Below are positions 30,340 through 39,381 of a DNA stretch of 64,000 nt, in pieces. The stretch is from NCBI GenBank assembly GCA_963707635.1, contig OY970173.1:672001-736000 (forward strand). The letters are read 5' to 3'. The stretch's first letter is position 1. Every line of letters starts with the position of its first letter. The DNA comes from Candidatus Latescibacterota bacterium (GTDB taxonomy: Bacteria > Krumholzibacteriota > Krumholzibacteriia > WVZY01 > JAKEHA01). Made by a program: the position numbers and the translations under genes. The notes under the pieces are model-generated. The model was not told the origin of the DNA, did no database searches, and saw only the letters and a list, made by a program, of their open reading frames with translations.

Positions 30340-32298
30340 ATGCGATCCCGAGCACTCTGGTTGAGCGCGCTAGTATTGACGGTCTCGATGCCGCGGCCAG
30401 TCGACGCCGGCGCGCTGCGCGCCGAAACTCCCACGCCATCCGTTGGTTCCGAAGTGCGGACGGGGCCGCTCGCTCCGACCGTCTCGCCGGCGCCGGCGTC
30501 CCCGGTGGCGCCGCCGCCGCCGGTGTTTTCCCCGGCTCCCGCCGCCGTGGTCGATTGCTTCAACTTCGACACCAACGCCGCGCTCACCGCGGGCTCGCTG
30601 TTCATTCCGCCCGACCCGCATGGGGCGGCCGGGCTCGACCACCTGGTCGTGATCGGCAACGTCACCATCGAGTGGCGGCCGAAGGTGGGGATCAACAGCA
30701 CGCCGCAGTTCCAATCGAGCCTCAAGAGTTTCTTCGCCGCACTCCCGGGTTCACCGCCGGGGCCGGCTGCGGGGACGACGCTGTCGACCTTCACCTACGA
30801 CCCGAAAGTCATCTTCGACCAGTACCGGGGCCGCTTCGTCGCCGTGGCGCTCGAGCGCTGGATGACGGTTCTCGGCAACCCGTCCAACCAGTCGCGCATC
30901 CTGCTCGCGATTTCGAAGACGTCGAATCCGAACGACGGGTGGTGGTTTCACGCCATCGATTCCAGGCTCAATATCGGCGGCCTGGATCGCTGGATCGACT
31001 ACCCGGGGCTCGCCTGCGACGACAAGGCGGTGTATGTCACCGGCAACATGTTCTCCTTCGCGGCGTCGCCCGTTTACGGGGGCACACGCGTCTGGATCAT
31101 CCGGAAAACGCCGGCGTACGACGGACCCAACAACAGTGCCATCGCCACGCCCTACGACCCCTTCACCGACCCGCTGGCGGTGGGGACGACGGCGCAGCCG
31201 GCGCACATGTTCGGAGTCCTTCCCAACGGATCCGGCGGACGGCCCCTGGGCACGTTTCTCGTGAGCTATTCCGGCCTGAACGATAACGTGAACGAGTACC
31301 TGCAGATCGTTGAGCTGACCGATCCGCTCGGCGGAGTCGGCGGGCCGTTCTTCACGTTGCAGCAGATCAATATGGGCGACATCGAGAACACGGGCCTCGG
31401 TCTTCCGACGGCGCCCCAATTGGGCTCGGCAACCACCATTGCGACCAACGACCGGCGCGCGCAGAACGCCGTCTGGCGGGATGACAACCTATACACCTGC
31501 GCGACGTACCGCGCGCCGGCGGCGCCCAACCTGAACCAGGCCACGGCGCGCTGGTGGCGTCTCGACACCAGCGTGGTCGTGCCCGCGCTCACCATTGCGG
31601 ACGCCGGCAACGCCGGTGGAGAAGACATCTCCGTGGGCGCGTACACGTTCTTCCCATCGGTCATGGTCGACTGCGACGGCAACATGGCGCTCAACTTCGC
31701 GCTGTCGGGCCCGACGGTCTATCCCGGCGCCTACTACGCGACCCGCCTGGCGGGCGCACCCGCCGGCACGCTGGGACCGACGTGCACGCTCCACGCGGGG
31801 ACGGACTGGTACTATCGCGTCTTCACCGGGACCTCGAATCGCTGGGGGGACTACAGCGGGATCTCGATCTGCCCGCGCGGCGAGGCCGACTTCTGGGTGG
31901 TCAACGAGTACGCGATGACGCGCGGGACCATCACCAACGGGACACAGGACGGTCGCTGGCAGATGGTCGCCGGGAAGTTTCGCGTGAAGGCCCCGACCGG
32001 GGTGGGCGATGCGCCGGTCGCCGCGGCGCGGCTCGAACAGAACATTCCCAACCCCTTCAACCCGACCACGACGATCCGATTCGAGCTGGAATCACGCGAG
32101 CGCGTCACGCTGGCGGTGTACGACGCGGGCGGGCGACTGATACGGACGCTGGTGAACGACACGCGCGGGCCGGGGACTCACGAGGCCCAGTGGGACGGCC
32201 GGAACGGGAGCGGCGCGGCGCAGGCGTCGGGGGTGTACTTCTATCGCATCACGGCCGGGGGTTTCAACGAATCGAAGAAGATGGTGCTGTTGAAGTGA
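30340..32298 (+). CDS. Secreted protein paralog 5 (lacks the middle Ig-like domain)
   Basis: AGGAGG RBS; TTGGCG-N17-TACAAT promoter at 30259-30287; close to paralog 4. Confidence 0.85.
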   Translation: MRSRALWLSALVLTVSMPRPVDAGALRAETPTPSVGSEVRTGPLAPTVSPAPASPVAPPPPVFSPAPAAVVDCFNFDTNAALTAGSLFIPPDPHGAAGLDHLVVIGNVTIEWRPKVGINSTPQFQSSLKSFFAALPGSPPGPAAGTTLSTFTYDPKVIFDQYRGRFVAVALERWMTVLGNPSNQSRILLAISKTSNPNDGWWFHAIDSRLNIGGLDRWIDYPGLACDDKAVYVTGNMFSFAASPVYGGTRVWIIRKTPAYDGPNNSAIATPYDPFTDPLAVGTTAQPAHMFGVLPNGSGGRPLGTFLVSYSGLNDNVNEYLQIVELTDPLGGVGGPFFTLQQINMGDIENTGLGLPTAPQLGSATTIATNDRRAQNAVWRDDNLYTCATYRAPAAPNLNQATARWWRLDTSVVVPALTIADAGNAGGEDISVGAYTFFPSVMVDCDGNMALNFALSGPTVYPGAYYATRLAGAPAGTLGPTCTLHAGTDWYYRVFTGTSNRWGDYSGISICPRGEADFWVVNEYAMTRGTITNGTQDGRWQMVAGKFRVKAPTGVGDAPVAAARLEQNIPNPFNPTTTIRFELESRERVTLAVYDAGGRLIRTLVNDTRGPGTHEAQWDGRNGSGAAQASGVYFYRITAGGFNESKKMVLLK

Positions 32299-32397
32299 TA
32301 TTTCGGAGGGCGTGAGTCGCTCTCCCGCTCAGGTCCTCGCGCGCGACTGTTGAAAGCGCGCTGCGGATTCGCGTCCGAGCGACTCCTCCGTTGGCTC

Positions 32398-35300
32398 TTA
32401 CCCCCGCGTTCCATTCCTAATCGCCGCATCCTCTCCGGCCATGCCATGACGCGTGGCGCTCCGTTCCTTCGACAGGTACGAATACACGGCCGGCACCACG
32501 TACAACGAGAGCCCGGTCGCGAAGAGCATCCCGCCCACGACCGCGATACCCATGCTGACACGGCTCGCGGAGCCGGCGCCGAGGCCGAGTGCGACCGGCA
32601 GAATGCCGAGCATGGTGGAAAAGCTGGTCATCAGGATGGGCCGGAAGCGCGCGACGGATGCCCCGCGGATCGCCTCGGCAACCGAGAGCCCCGCGTGCTT
32701 GCGCTGATTCGCGAACTCGACGATCAGGATGCCGTTCTTCGTCACCAGCCCGATCAGCATGATGATCCCGATCTGGCTGAAGATGTTGATGGTCTGGTTG
32801 AAGTACCACAGCGACAAGAGCGCGCCCGCCAGCGCGAGCGGGACGGTCAGCATGACGATGAAGGGGTCGCGAAAGCTCTCGAACTGGGCGGCGAGCACCA
32901 GGTAGGTGAGCACGAGTGCCAGCAGGAACACGAACACGAGGCTCGACGAGCTCTCTGAGAAATCACGCGCCGCGCCGGCGAGCGAGGTTCGATACGACTC
33001 GTCGAGCACCTGGTGCGCGATCTGATCCATCGCGGCGATGCCGTCGCCCAGCGTGTACCCCGGCGAGAGGCCGGCCGAGACGGTGGCGGAGACGTAGCGG
33101 TCGAACCGGAACAGCTGCGGCGGGTTCGACTGCTCGGAGACGCGGATCACGTTGTCGAGCTGCACCAGCGTGCCGTCGCGTGCGCGCACGAAGATCGAGG
33201 CGAGGTCCTGGGGATCGTCGCGGTTGACGCGCGCGAGCTGGCCGATGACCTGGTACTGCTTGCCGTCCTTGTTGAAGTAGCCGTAGCGCTGGCCGCTCAA
33301 GCCGAGCTGGAGCGTCTGTGCGATGTCGCTCACCGACACGCCCAGCGAACGGGCGCGCTCGCGGTCGATCTCGACCACCAGCTCGGGCTTGTTGAACTTG
33401 AGATTCACGTCGGTCACGTTGAATTCGGGCCGCGCGTCGGCCATCTCCTGGAAACGCGGCAGCACGTCCTTGAGCTTCTGGAGCGTCGGCGCCTGCACGA
33501 CGTACTGCACGGGCAGGCCGAAGCGGGCGATGCCGCCGCCCACGCTGATGGTCTGCTCCTGGGTGACGAACGTGCGCACGTTGGTCAGGCCCCGGAGCGA
33601 GCGCGCGAGTGCAGCCGCGATCTCCTGCTGCGAGCGCTCGCGTTCGTCGGGCGGAATCAGGGTGACGGTGGTGTTGCCGGCGTTGGCGCCGCCGGCAAAA
33701 CCGGAGGTGTTGGCGAGCACGACATCCGCCTCGGGCACCTCGCGCTTCACCAGGTCGATGATCGCGTCCATGTTGCGGTCCATCCGCTCGAACGACGTCC
33801 CCTCCGGGGCGGTCGCCGTGATGCGCAAGCGGCTGCGGTCCTCGAGCGGAGCCAGCTCGCGCGGCATGGTCGAAAGGAAGAGCCACATCAGGCCCACCGC
33901 CGCCACCACGATTACCGGCGCCAGCCAGCGCCGGAGCAGGAATCCGTTCAGCGAGCGGCCGTAGCCGGCGATCATCCGCTCGAAGAATGGCTCGGTCCGG
34001 CGATACAGCCAGCTGTGATGCGCGTGCGGCTTGAGCACGTGCGCGCCCAGCATCGGGGTCAGCGTGAGCGCCACGAACGCGGAGATGGCCACCGCGCCGC
34101 CGATCACGACTCCGAATTCCTTGAAGAGCCGCCCGGTCAGCCCCTGCAGAAACACGATGGGGAGGAAGACGGCGATCAGGGCGACCGTGGTCGAAATTAT
34201 GGCGAAGAAGACTTCGTGCGCGCCTCTCTGTGCCGCCTCGAAAGGGTTCATCCCGTCCTCGATCTTGGCGTAGATGTTCTCGAGCATCACGATGGCGTCG
34301 TCGACCACGATCCCGATCGCGAGCACCAGGCCGAGCAGCGTGAGCACGTTGATCGAAAAACCGGCGAAGTACATGACGACGAACACGCCGATTAGCGAAA
34401 TCGGGATCGCGAGCACCGGGATCATGGTGGTGCGCCAGTCGCGGAGGAACGCGAAGATGATGAGCACGACCAGCGCGAACGCGGTCAGGATGGTCTCGCG
34501 CACCTCGTGGATCGACTTGCGGATGTAGCGCGTCGTGTCCCACGCGATGCCGAGCACGACGTCGTCGGGCAGCTCGCGGTCGATCTGCTCGACGCGCCGG
34601 TTGAACTCGTCCGCGATGGCGATGTGGTTGGAACCGGGCTGCGGGATGATGGCGACGGCGACCCGCGGGCCCGTGCGCCCCTTGGACACCTGGCGTTCGT
34701 TCTCGGGTCCGAGCATCGCTTCGCCCACGTCGCGGAAGCGCAGGATGCGACCGCCGCTCTCGCGCAGAATGAGGTCGTTGAACTGCTCCGGGGTCTCGAG
34801 GCGGCTCAGCGTCCGCACCGGCAGCTCCACATCGTTGCCCTCGATGCGCCCGGAAGGAAGCTCGACGTTCTCCGCATTCAGCGCCGTCCGCACGTCGAGC
34901 GGGGTCACGTCGTGCGCGGCGAGTTTCTGCGGGTCCATCCACAGGCGCATCGCGTAGCGCTTCTCGCCGAAGATGCGCACCTCGCTCGCGCCCGGGATCG
35001 TCTGCAGGCGCTCCTTGAACACCTTGTTGGCGAGGTCGCTGAGCTGGAGCAGGTCGCGCGAGGGGCTGCTCACGTTAAGCACGATGATTGGCGTCGCGTC
35101 CGCGTCCGCCTTGGAGACGACCGGCGGGTCCACGTCGGTGGGGAGCGACCCGATCGCGCCGGCCACCTTGTCGCGCACGTCGTTGGCGGCGGTCTCCAGG
35201 TCGATGCCGAGCTCGAACTCGATCGTGATCTGGCTGCGGCCCTCGCGGCTCACCGAGCTGATCGTGCGAATACCGGCAACGCTGCTGATGTCTTCTTCGA

Positions 35301-35499
35301 GCGGCTGCGTGATCTGGGAGTCGATGACGTCGGCGTTGGTGCCGGTGTAGTTCGTGGTCACCGTAATGACGGCGGGGTCGACGTTCGGGTACTCGCGCAC
35401 GCCCAGGAACGTGAACCCGATGGCTCCGAAGATGAGGATGACGATCGAGAGAACGATCGTGAGAACCGGGCGCTGGATGGAAACGGCGGAGAGGCTCAC
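32398..35499 (-). CDS. RND efflux permease (AcrB/HAE1 family)
   Basis: GTG start; SIQRPV, GIVVDDAIVMLEN, KNGILIVEFA, RFRPILMTS. Confidence 0.95.
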   Translation of the reverse strand: MSLSAVSIQRPVLTIVLSIVILIFGAIGFTFLGVREYPNVDPAVITVTTNYTGTNADVIDSQITQPLEEDISSVAGIRTISSVSREGRSQITIEFELGIDLETAANDVRDKVAGAIGSLPTDVDPPVVSKADADATPIIVLNVSSPSRDLLQLSDLANKVFKERLQTIPGASEVRIFGEKRYAMRLWMDPQKLAAHDVTPLDVRTALNAENVELPSGRIEGNDVELPVRTLSRLETPEQFNDLILRESGGRILRFRDVGEAMLGPENERQVSKGRTGPRVAVAIIPQPGSNHIAIADEFNRRVEQIDRELPDDVVLGIAWDTTRYIRKSIHEVRETILTAFALVVLIIFAFLRDWRTTMIPVLAIPISLIGVFVVMYFAGFSINVLTLLGLVLAIGIVVDDAIVMLENIYAKIEDGMNPFEAAQRGAHEVFFAIISTTVALIAVFLPIVFLQGLTGRLFKEFGVVIGGAVAISAFVALTLTPMLGAHVLKPHAHHSWLYRRTEPFFERMIAGYGRSLNGFLLRRWLAPVIVVAAVGLMWLFLSTMPRELAPLEDRSRLRITATAPEGTSFERMDRNMDAIIDLVKREVPEADVVLANTSGFAGGANAGNTTVTLIPPDERERSQQEIAAALARSLRGLTNVRTFVTQEQTISVGGGIARFGLPVQYVVQAPTLQKLKDVLPRFQEMADARPEFNVTDVNLKFNKPELVVEIDRERARSLGVSVSDIAQTLQLGLSGQRYGYFNKDGKQYQVIGQLARVNRDDPQDLASIFVRARDGTLVQLDNVIRVSEQSNPPQLFRFDRYVSATVSAGLSPGYTLGDGIAAMDQIAHQVLDESYRTSLAGAARDFSESSSSLVFVFLLALVLTYLVLAAQFESFRDPFIVMLTVPLALAGALLSLWYFNQTINIFSQIGIIMLIGLVTKNGILIVEFANQRKHAGLSVAEAIRGASVARFRPILMTSFSTMLGILPVALGLGAGSASRVSMGIAVVGGMLFATGLSLYVVPAVYSYLSKERSATRHGMAGEDAAIRNGTRG

Positions 35500-35510
35500 G
35501 ACCGCCTTCC

Positions 35511-36581
35511 TTACTCCGCCGGGGCGATCGTGACCGCGGCCCCGGACTTGAGCTGCAGGAGCGACGACGTGATCAGGGTATCGCCCACGTCGATGCCGCG
35601 GACGACCTCCACGCGATCCTCCGAGCGGGTCCCGATCTCGACGCTGCGCGATTCCGCCTTGCCCCCGCGATAGAGGAAGACGAGGTGCCCCTTCAACTCG
35701 GGGACGATCGCGAATGACGGGACGGAGATCGCCTCGCGCTCGGCAAACACGACTTCGACGTTGGCGAAGGCACCTGGGATCAGCGCGCCGTCGTCGTTGG
35801 GGCTGGTCGCGCGGATGCGCAGCGCCCGCGTGACCGGGTCGATGGCCGCTTCGCGCGCGTAGATCGTGCCCTGAAAGGCCGTTGGCGATCCCTCCACCGT
35901 AAATGCGATCCGGTCGCCGACCCGGATACGGCCGGCGTAGCGCTCCGGCACCGCGAATTCGATCTTCACCGGCGTGAGGTCCTGGAGCGACGCGATCGGG
36001 GTCGACGGGGAGACGTAGCTGCCCTCGCTCACCGAGCGCAGTCCGATCACGCCGTCGAAGGGCGCGCGAATCTCGGTCTTCTGGAGCTGGGCGCGGATCA
36101 GGTCGGCTTCCGCCCGGGCGATGCCGGCCTCGTTGGCGGCATTGCTGTAGTCGCGCGCGCTGGTCAGGCTGTCGGCGTGGAGGTGCTCCTGCCGGTCCGC
36201 CTCCTCCACGGCGATGGCCAGGCGCGCCTGCGCGCGCGCGAGCTGCGCGCGGAGTTCCGCGTCGTTGATCTTGATGAGGATCTCTCCGCGGGAGACCTTC
36301 GAGCCCTCGCGGAACGCGACCTTTTCGACCTTGCCCGAGACCTCGCTCCGAATCTGGACTTCCTCGTTGGACCGGATGGTCCCGATGGCGGTGATCCGGT
36401 CGGCCAGCGGCGCGGCGCCGACCACATAGATTTCGACCGGCGCGGCCCCCGCCGCCTGCCCGCCGCCGGCGCGCTGGCCGCGCGGCGCGGAATCGCCGCG
36501 CAGGATGGCGACGCGCGCGATCGCGAGCGCCGCGACCGTCAGCACCGTTCCCGCGATGACCCATGCGCGTTTCGAGGTCAT
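35511..36581 (-). CDS. RND periplasmic adaptor (MFP)
   Basis: N-terminal TM, IRSEVSGKV, IRAPFDGVIG. Confidence 0.92.
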   Translation of the reverse strand: MTSKRAWVIAGTVLTVAALAIARVAILRGDSAPRGQRAGGGQAAGAAPVEIYVVGAAPLADRITAIGTIRSNEEVQIRSEVSGKVEKVAFREGSKVSRGEILIKINDAELRAQLARAQARLAIAVEEADRQEHLHADSLTSARDYSNAANEAGIARAEADLIRAQLQKTEIRAPFDGVIGLRSVSEGSYVSPSTPIASLQDLTPVKIEFAVPERYAGRIRVGDRIAFTVEGSPTAFQGTIYAREAAIDPVTRALRIRATSPNDDGALIPGAFANVEVVFAEREAISVPSFAIVPELKGHLVFLYRGGKAESRSVEIGTRSEDRVEVVRGIDVGDTLITSSLLQLKSGAAVTIAPAE

Positions 36582-37642
36582 CCGATCTCCAGCATGCGAT
36601 CGAGCGCGCGCCTGGCGCGAACCCGGGTCTCCTCGGGGACGTCGATCACGTAGCGATTGTGTTTGAGCGCCGCGAGCGTGTCTTCGAGCGTGATCTCGTT
36701 CATGTGCGGGCAGCGGATGCTGCACAGCCGCACGGTCTCCTTGTCGGGATTCTCGGCGATGATGTTGTCCCCCATGCTGCACTCGGTGAGGAGCAGGAAG
36801 CGCGGCGCCTTCGTCTTCTTCACAAACTCGATCATCCGGGTAGTGCTGCCGGAGAAGTCCGACGCCTGCACGACCTCGGCGCTGCACTCGGGGTGGGCAA
36901 GCACGACCACGTCCGGGAACTGCTTGCGCACCGCGACGATGTCGTCGACCGTGAATTTCTCGTGCACCTCGCAGCGCCCCCGCCATCCAATGAGGTGGTA
37001 GTGGAGATTCGCGGGCGCGGCCGCGCGCGCGTCGGAAGACTTCGGCTGCTTGGAAGGAAAGATCACCTGGCGCCCGGTCTCGCGCGCGACGTTCTGCGCC
37101 AGGTACTCGTCGGGCAGGAAGATGACGCAGTCCGACCCCAGCGACTCGACAACGCGCGCGGCGTTGCTCGACGTGCAGCACACGTCGGTCTCCGCCTTGA
37201 CGTCCGCGTAGCAATTGACGTAGGTGACGACCGGCACGCCCGGGTACTGGCGCTTGAGCTCGCGAACGTCTTCCGCGGTGATGCTGGCCGCGAGCGAGCA
37301 GCCGGCGCGAGCGGAGGGGAGCAGCACGGTGCGCGTGGGGTTGAGGATCTTGGCGGTCTCGGCCATGAAGCGCACCCCGCAGAACACGATCGGATCGCGA
37401 TCGGTCTGCGCGGCTTTGCGCGAAAGCTCGAGCGAATCGCCGACCACGTCCGGAACGGTGTGGTACAGCGCCGGCTCCATGTAATTGTGGCCGAGGATGA
37501 TGGCGCCGCGTTCTTCCTTGAGACGGTTGATCTCGAAGACGAGGTCCGCCTTGTAGCGAAGCTCCGCGTCGGGGACGACGCGCGAGAGTTTCTCCACCAT
37601 CAGGTGGTAGGTCTCTTCAACGGTTGCAGCGCGGATGCTCAT
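36578..37642 (-). CDS. nadA: Quinolinate synthase A
   Basis: ILGHNY, FCGVRFMAETAKILNP, GCSLA, CEVH, HPEC, CPHM. Confidence 0.95.
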   Translation of the reverse strand: MSIRAATVEETYHLMVEKLSRVVPDAELRYKADLVFEINRLKEERGAIILGHNYMEPALYHTVPDVVGDSLELSRKAAQTDRDPIVFCGVRFMAETAKILNPTRTVLLPSARAGCSLAASITAEDVRELKRQYPGVPVVTYVNCYADVKAETDVCCTSSNAARVVESLGSDCVIFLPDEYLAQNVARETGRQVIFPSKQPKSSDARAAAPANLHYHLIGWRGRCEVHEKFTVDDIVAVRKQFPDVVVLAHPECSAEVVQASDFSGSTTRMIEFVKKTKAPRFLLLTECSMGDNIIAENPDKETVRLCSIRCPHMNEITLEDTLAALKHNRYVIDVPEETRVRARRALDRMLEIG

Positions 37643-37763
37643 CGGTTTGTTGTGGTGAAGGGCGTGCGGTATGTCGGGCGAAGTGCGATTTCGCGAGTCG
37701 CGCATACCAGCTGATCCGCGCGAGCGCATGAGCGCGGAGCCCGATATGCCGCGCGCCCAGCGG

Positions 37764-38912
37764 CTAAGAATCCAGGTGACCCGGCATTTCCGATTCGGCC
37801 ACCCAGCGGCCCACCGTCGACGCGTGAGTCGTGTCGTCCGACTTTCCGTCGCCCCAGCGAGCCTCGATCTCCTTCATCAGCTCGGCGACCATGTCCTCTT
37901 CCTTGACCTTGCGGCTGATCTTGCCGTCGATATAGATCAGACCCTCGCCGTCGCCGGCCGCGATTCCGATGTCGGCCCCGGCGGCCTCGCCCGGCCCGTT
38001 CACCGCGCACCCCATGACGGCGATGTTCAGCGGTTTGCGCAGGTGCGCCGTGCGCCGCTCGACTTCCTCGGCGATGCGGAAGAGGTCGATGCGGTTGCGC
38101 GCGCAGGTCGGGCACGCGATGATGCGGGGCGTGTTGGATTGTATGTGCAGCGCCTGCAGAATCTTCTGCGCGACTCGCACCTCGTCCACGACGTCGGCGG
38201 CGAGTGAGACGCGCATGGTGTCGCCGATACCTTCGTGGAGCAGGATGCCCAGGCCGACCGACGAGATCACCGACCCGCTGAGTGCGGGGCCCGACTCGGT
38301 GATCCCGATGTGGCGCGGGTACTGCGACTGCCGCGAAAAGAGCCGGTAGGCGGCGAGCGCCAGCGGGACGTGCGAGGCCTTGAGCGAAACGATGATGTCG
38401 GTGAAGTCGTGCTCTTCCAGCACGCGAATGTGGCGGAAGGCGCTCTCCACCATGGCCTCCGGAGTGGGGAAGCCGTACTTCATCAAGAGGTCCTTCTCGA
38501 GCGAACCCGCGTTTACGCCGATCCGCATCGGAAGCCTGTATTCCTTTGCCTTCGCGACCACCGCCGCGACGCGCTCCGGGCTCCCGATGTTGCCCGGGTT
38601 GATGCGCAGCTTGGCGATCCCGGTGCCGGCCACCTCGACCGCCATCCGGTAGTTGAAGTGGATGTCGGCGACCAGGGGCACCCGGATCTGCCGGACGATC
38701 TTCTCGGTCGCGCGCACGCTCTCGATGTCGGGAACGCTCACGCGCGCGATGTCGACGCCCGCCTCCTCCATGCGGTGGATTTCATCGACCGTACGCTGGA
38801 CGTCGGTCGTGGGGGTGGTGGCCATCGACTGGATCGAGATGGGCGCCCCGCCCCCGACGGGGACGCGGCCTACCATTACCTGGCGCGTGGGGAGATAGGT
38901 GTGCTTGCTCAC
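37764..38912 (-). CDS. ispG: 4-hydroxy-3-methylbut-2-en-1-yl diphosphate synthase
   Basis: VADIHF, RINPGNIG, RIGVNAGSL, CPTCAR, GCAVNGPGE. Confidence 0.95.
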   Translation of the reverse strand: MSKHTYLPTRQVMVGRVPVGGGAPISIQSMATTPTTDVQRTVDEIHRMEEAGVDIARVSVPDIESVRATEKIVRQIRVPLVADIHFNYRMAVEVAGTGIAKLRINPGNIGSPERVAAVVAKAKEYRLPMRIGVNAGSLEKDLLMKYGFPTPEAMVESAFRHIRVLEEHDFTDIIVSLKASHVPLALAAYRLFSRQSQYPRHIGITESGPALSGSVISSVGLGILLHEGIGDTMRVSLAADVVDEVRVAQKILQALHIQSNTPRIIACPTCARNRIDLFRIAEEVERRTAHLRKPLNIAVMGCAVNGPGEAAGADIGIAAGDGEGLIYIDGKISRKVKEEDMVAELMKEIEARWGDGKSDDTTHASTVGRWVAESEMPGHLDS

Positions 38913-38952
38913 TGGGTGTCCGGCCCGGAACGTCTGAAGGGACAAGGACAAT

Positions 38953-38985
38953 GCAAAGGTACACTGCCCGTGAAGCGGGACGCAA
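38953..38985 (-). promoter_or_regulatory. Promoter of ispG operon
   Basis: TTGCGT-N18-TACCTTTGC, the same elements as upstream of guaB. Confidence 0.55.
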
Positions 38986-38993
38986 GGGGTGCG

Positions 38994-39288
38994 GAAACAA
39001 AGAAACCCGAAACAGGTCTCGAGGCTGCGCGCTCCCGTCAAAGAGGGAGTGGAAAACGGGTGCGCGCTTTCGAGAAGAGTCTCGGGTTTCTGGAGAAGTT
39101 TTTCCGGCGGGTGGGTCGGGACTCCCGAACCGCAGATCCCGATCCCGGTGTTGCACTTGGGATGTATCCACCCCGCCGGAATATCTCACGAAGTAATTTT
39201 ATTCCGGTGGCCGGCCCCTCATGGACTTTCGCCCCCACCGTCCACTCGGGCAGTACTACACCCGGCCACCGGAACTAGACATTCAGCT
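38994..39288 (-). ncRNA. Candidate structured sRNA with three long stem-loops (strand uncertain)
   Basis: Inverted repeats 39001-39091, 39102-39181, 39202-39274; U-rich tail on minus strand. Confidence 0.45.
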
Positions 39289-39331
39289 CGCGCCTATCAA
39301 ACGGGATTCAAGCCCACACGACAATGAGGCT

Positions 39332-39362
39332 TTATAGGGTACGGATAGGGTATAGTCCGTAT
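39332..39362. promoter_or_regulatory. Candidate LuxR/NarL-type operator repeats
   Basis: ATAGGGTA direct repeat and imperfect palindrome TAGGGTATAGTCCGTA. Confidence 0.35.
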
Positions 39363-39381
39363 CCGCATATGTAGTAATGTG

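Noticed and set aside
20148..32298. Diversity-generating retroelement or CRISPR array behind the repeats
   Set aside because: No reverse transcriptase or cas genes; differences are not adenine-specific; repeats are coding gene ends
35500..36564. Apparent 1388-aa RND fusion ORF
   Set aside because: The upstream part is an off-frame overlap of the MFP gene; the permease starts at GTG 35499
38950..38992. c-di-GMP-I riboswitch-like GGGACGCAA segment
   Set aside because: P2 pairing is poor, no gene lies downstream on that strand, and the sequence is explained as the reverse complement of the ispG promoter
39001..39290. RNase P RNA or tRNA-Sec (GAAAGTCC and AGTGCAACA-like words)
   Set aside because: Lacks the full GAGGAAAGUCC and 3' ACAGAA..CGGCUUA elements; no T-loop or UCA anticodon cloverleaf
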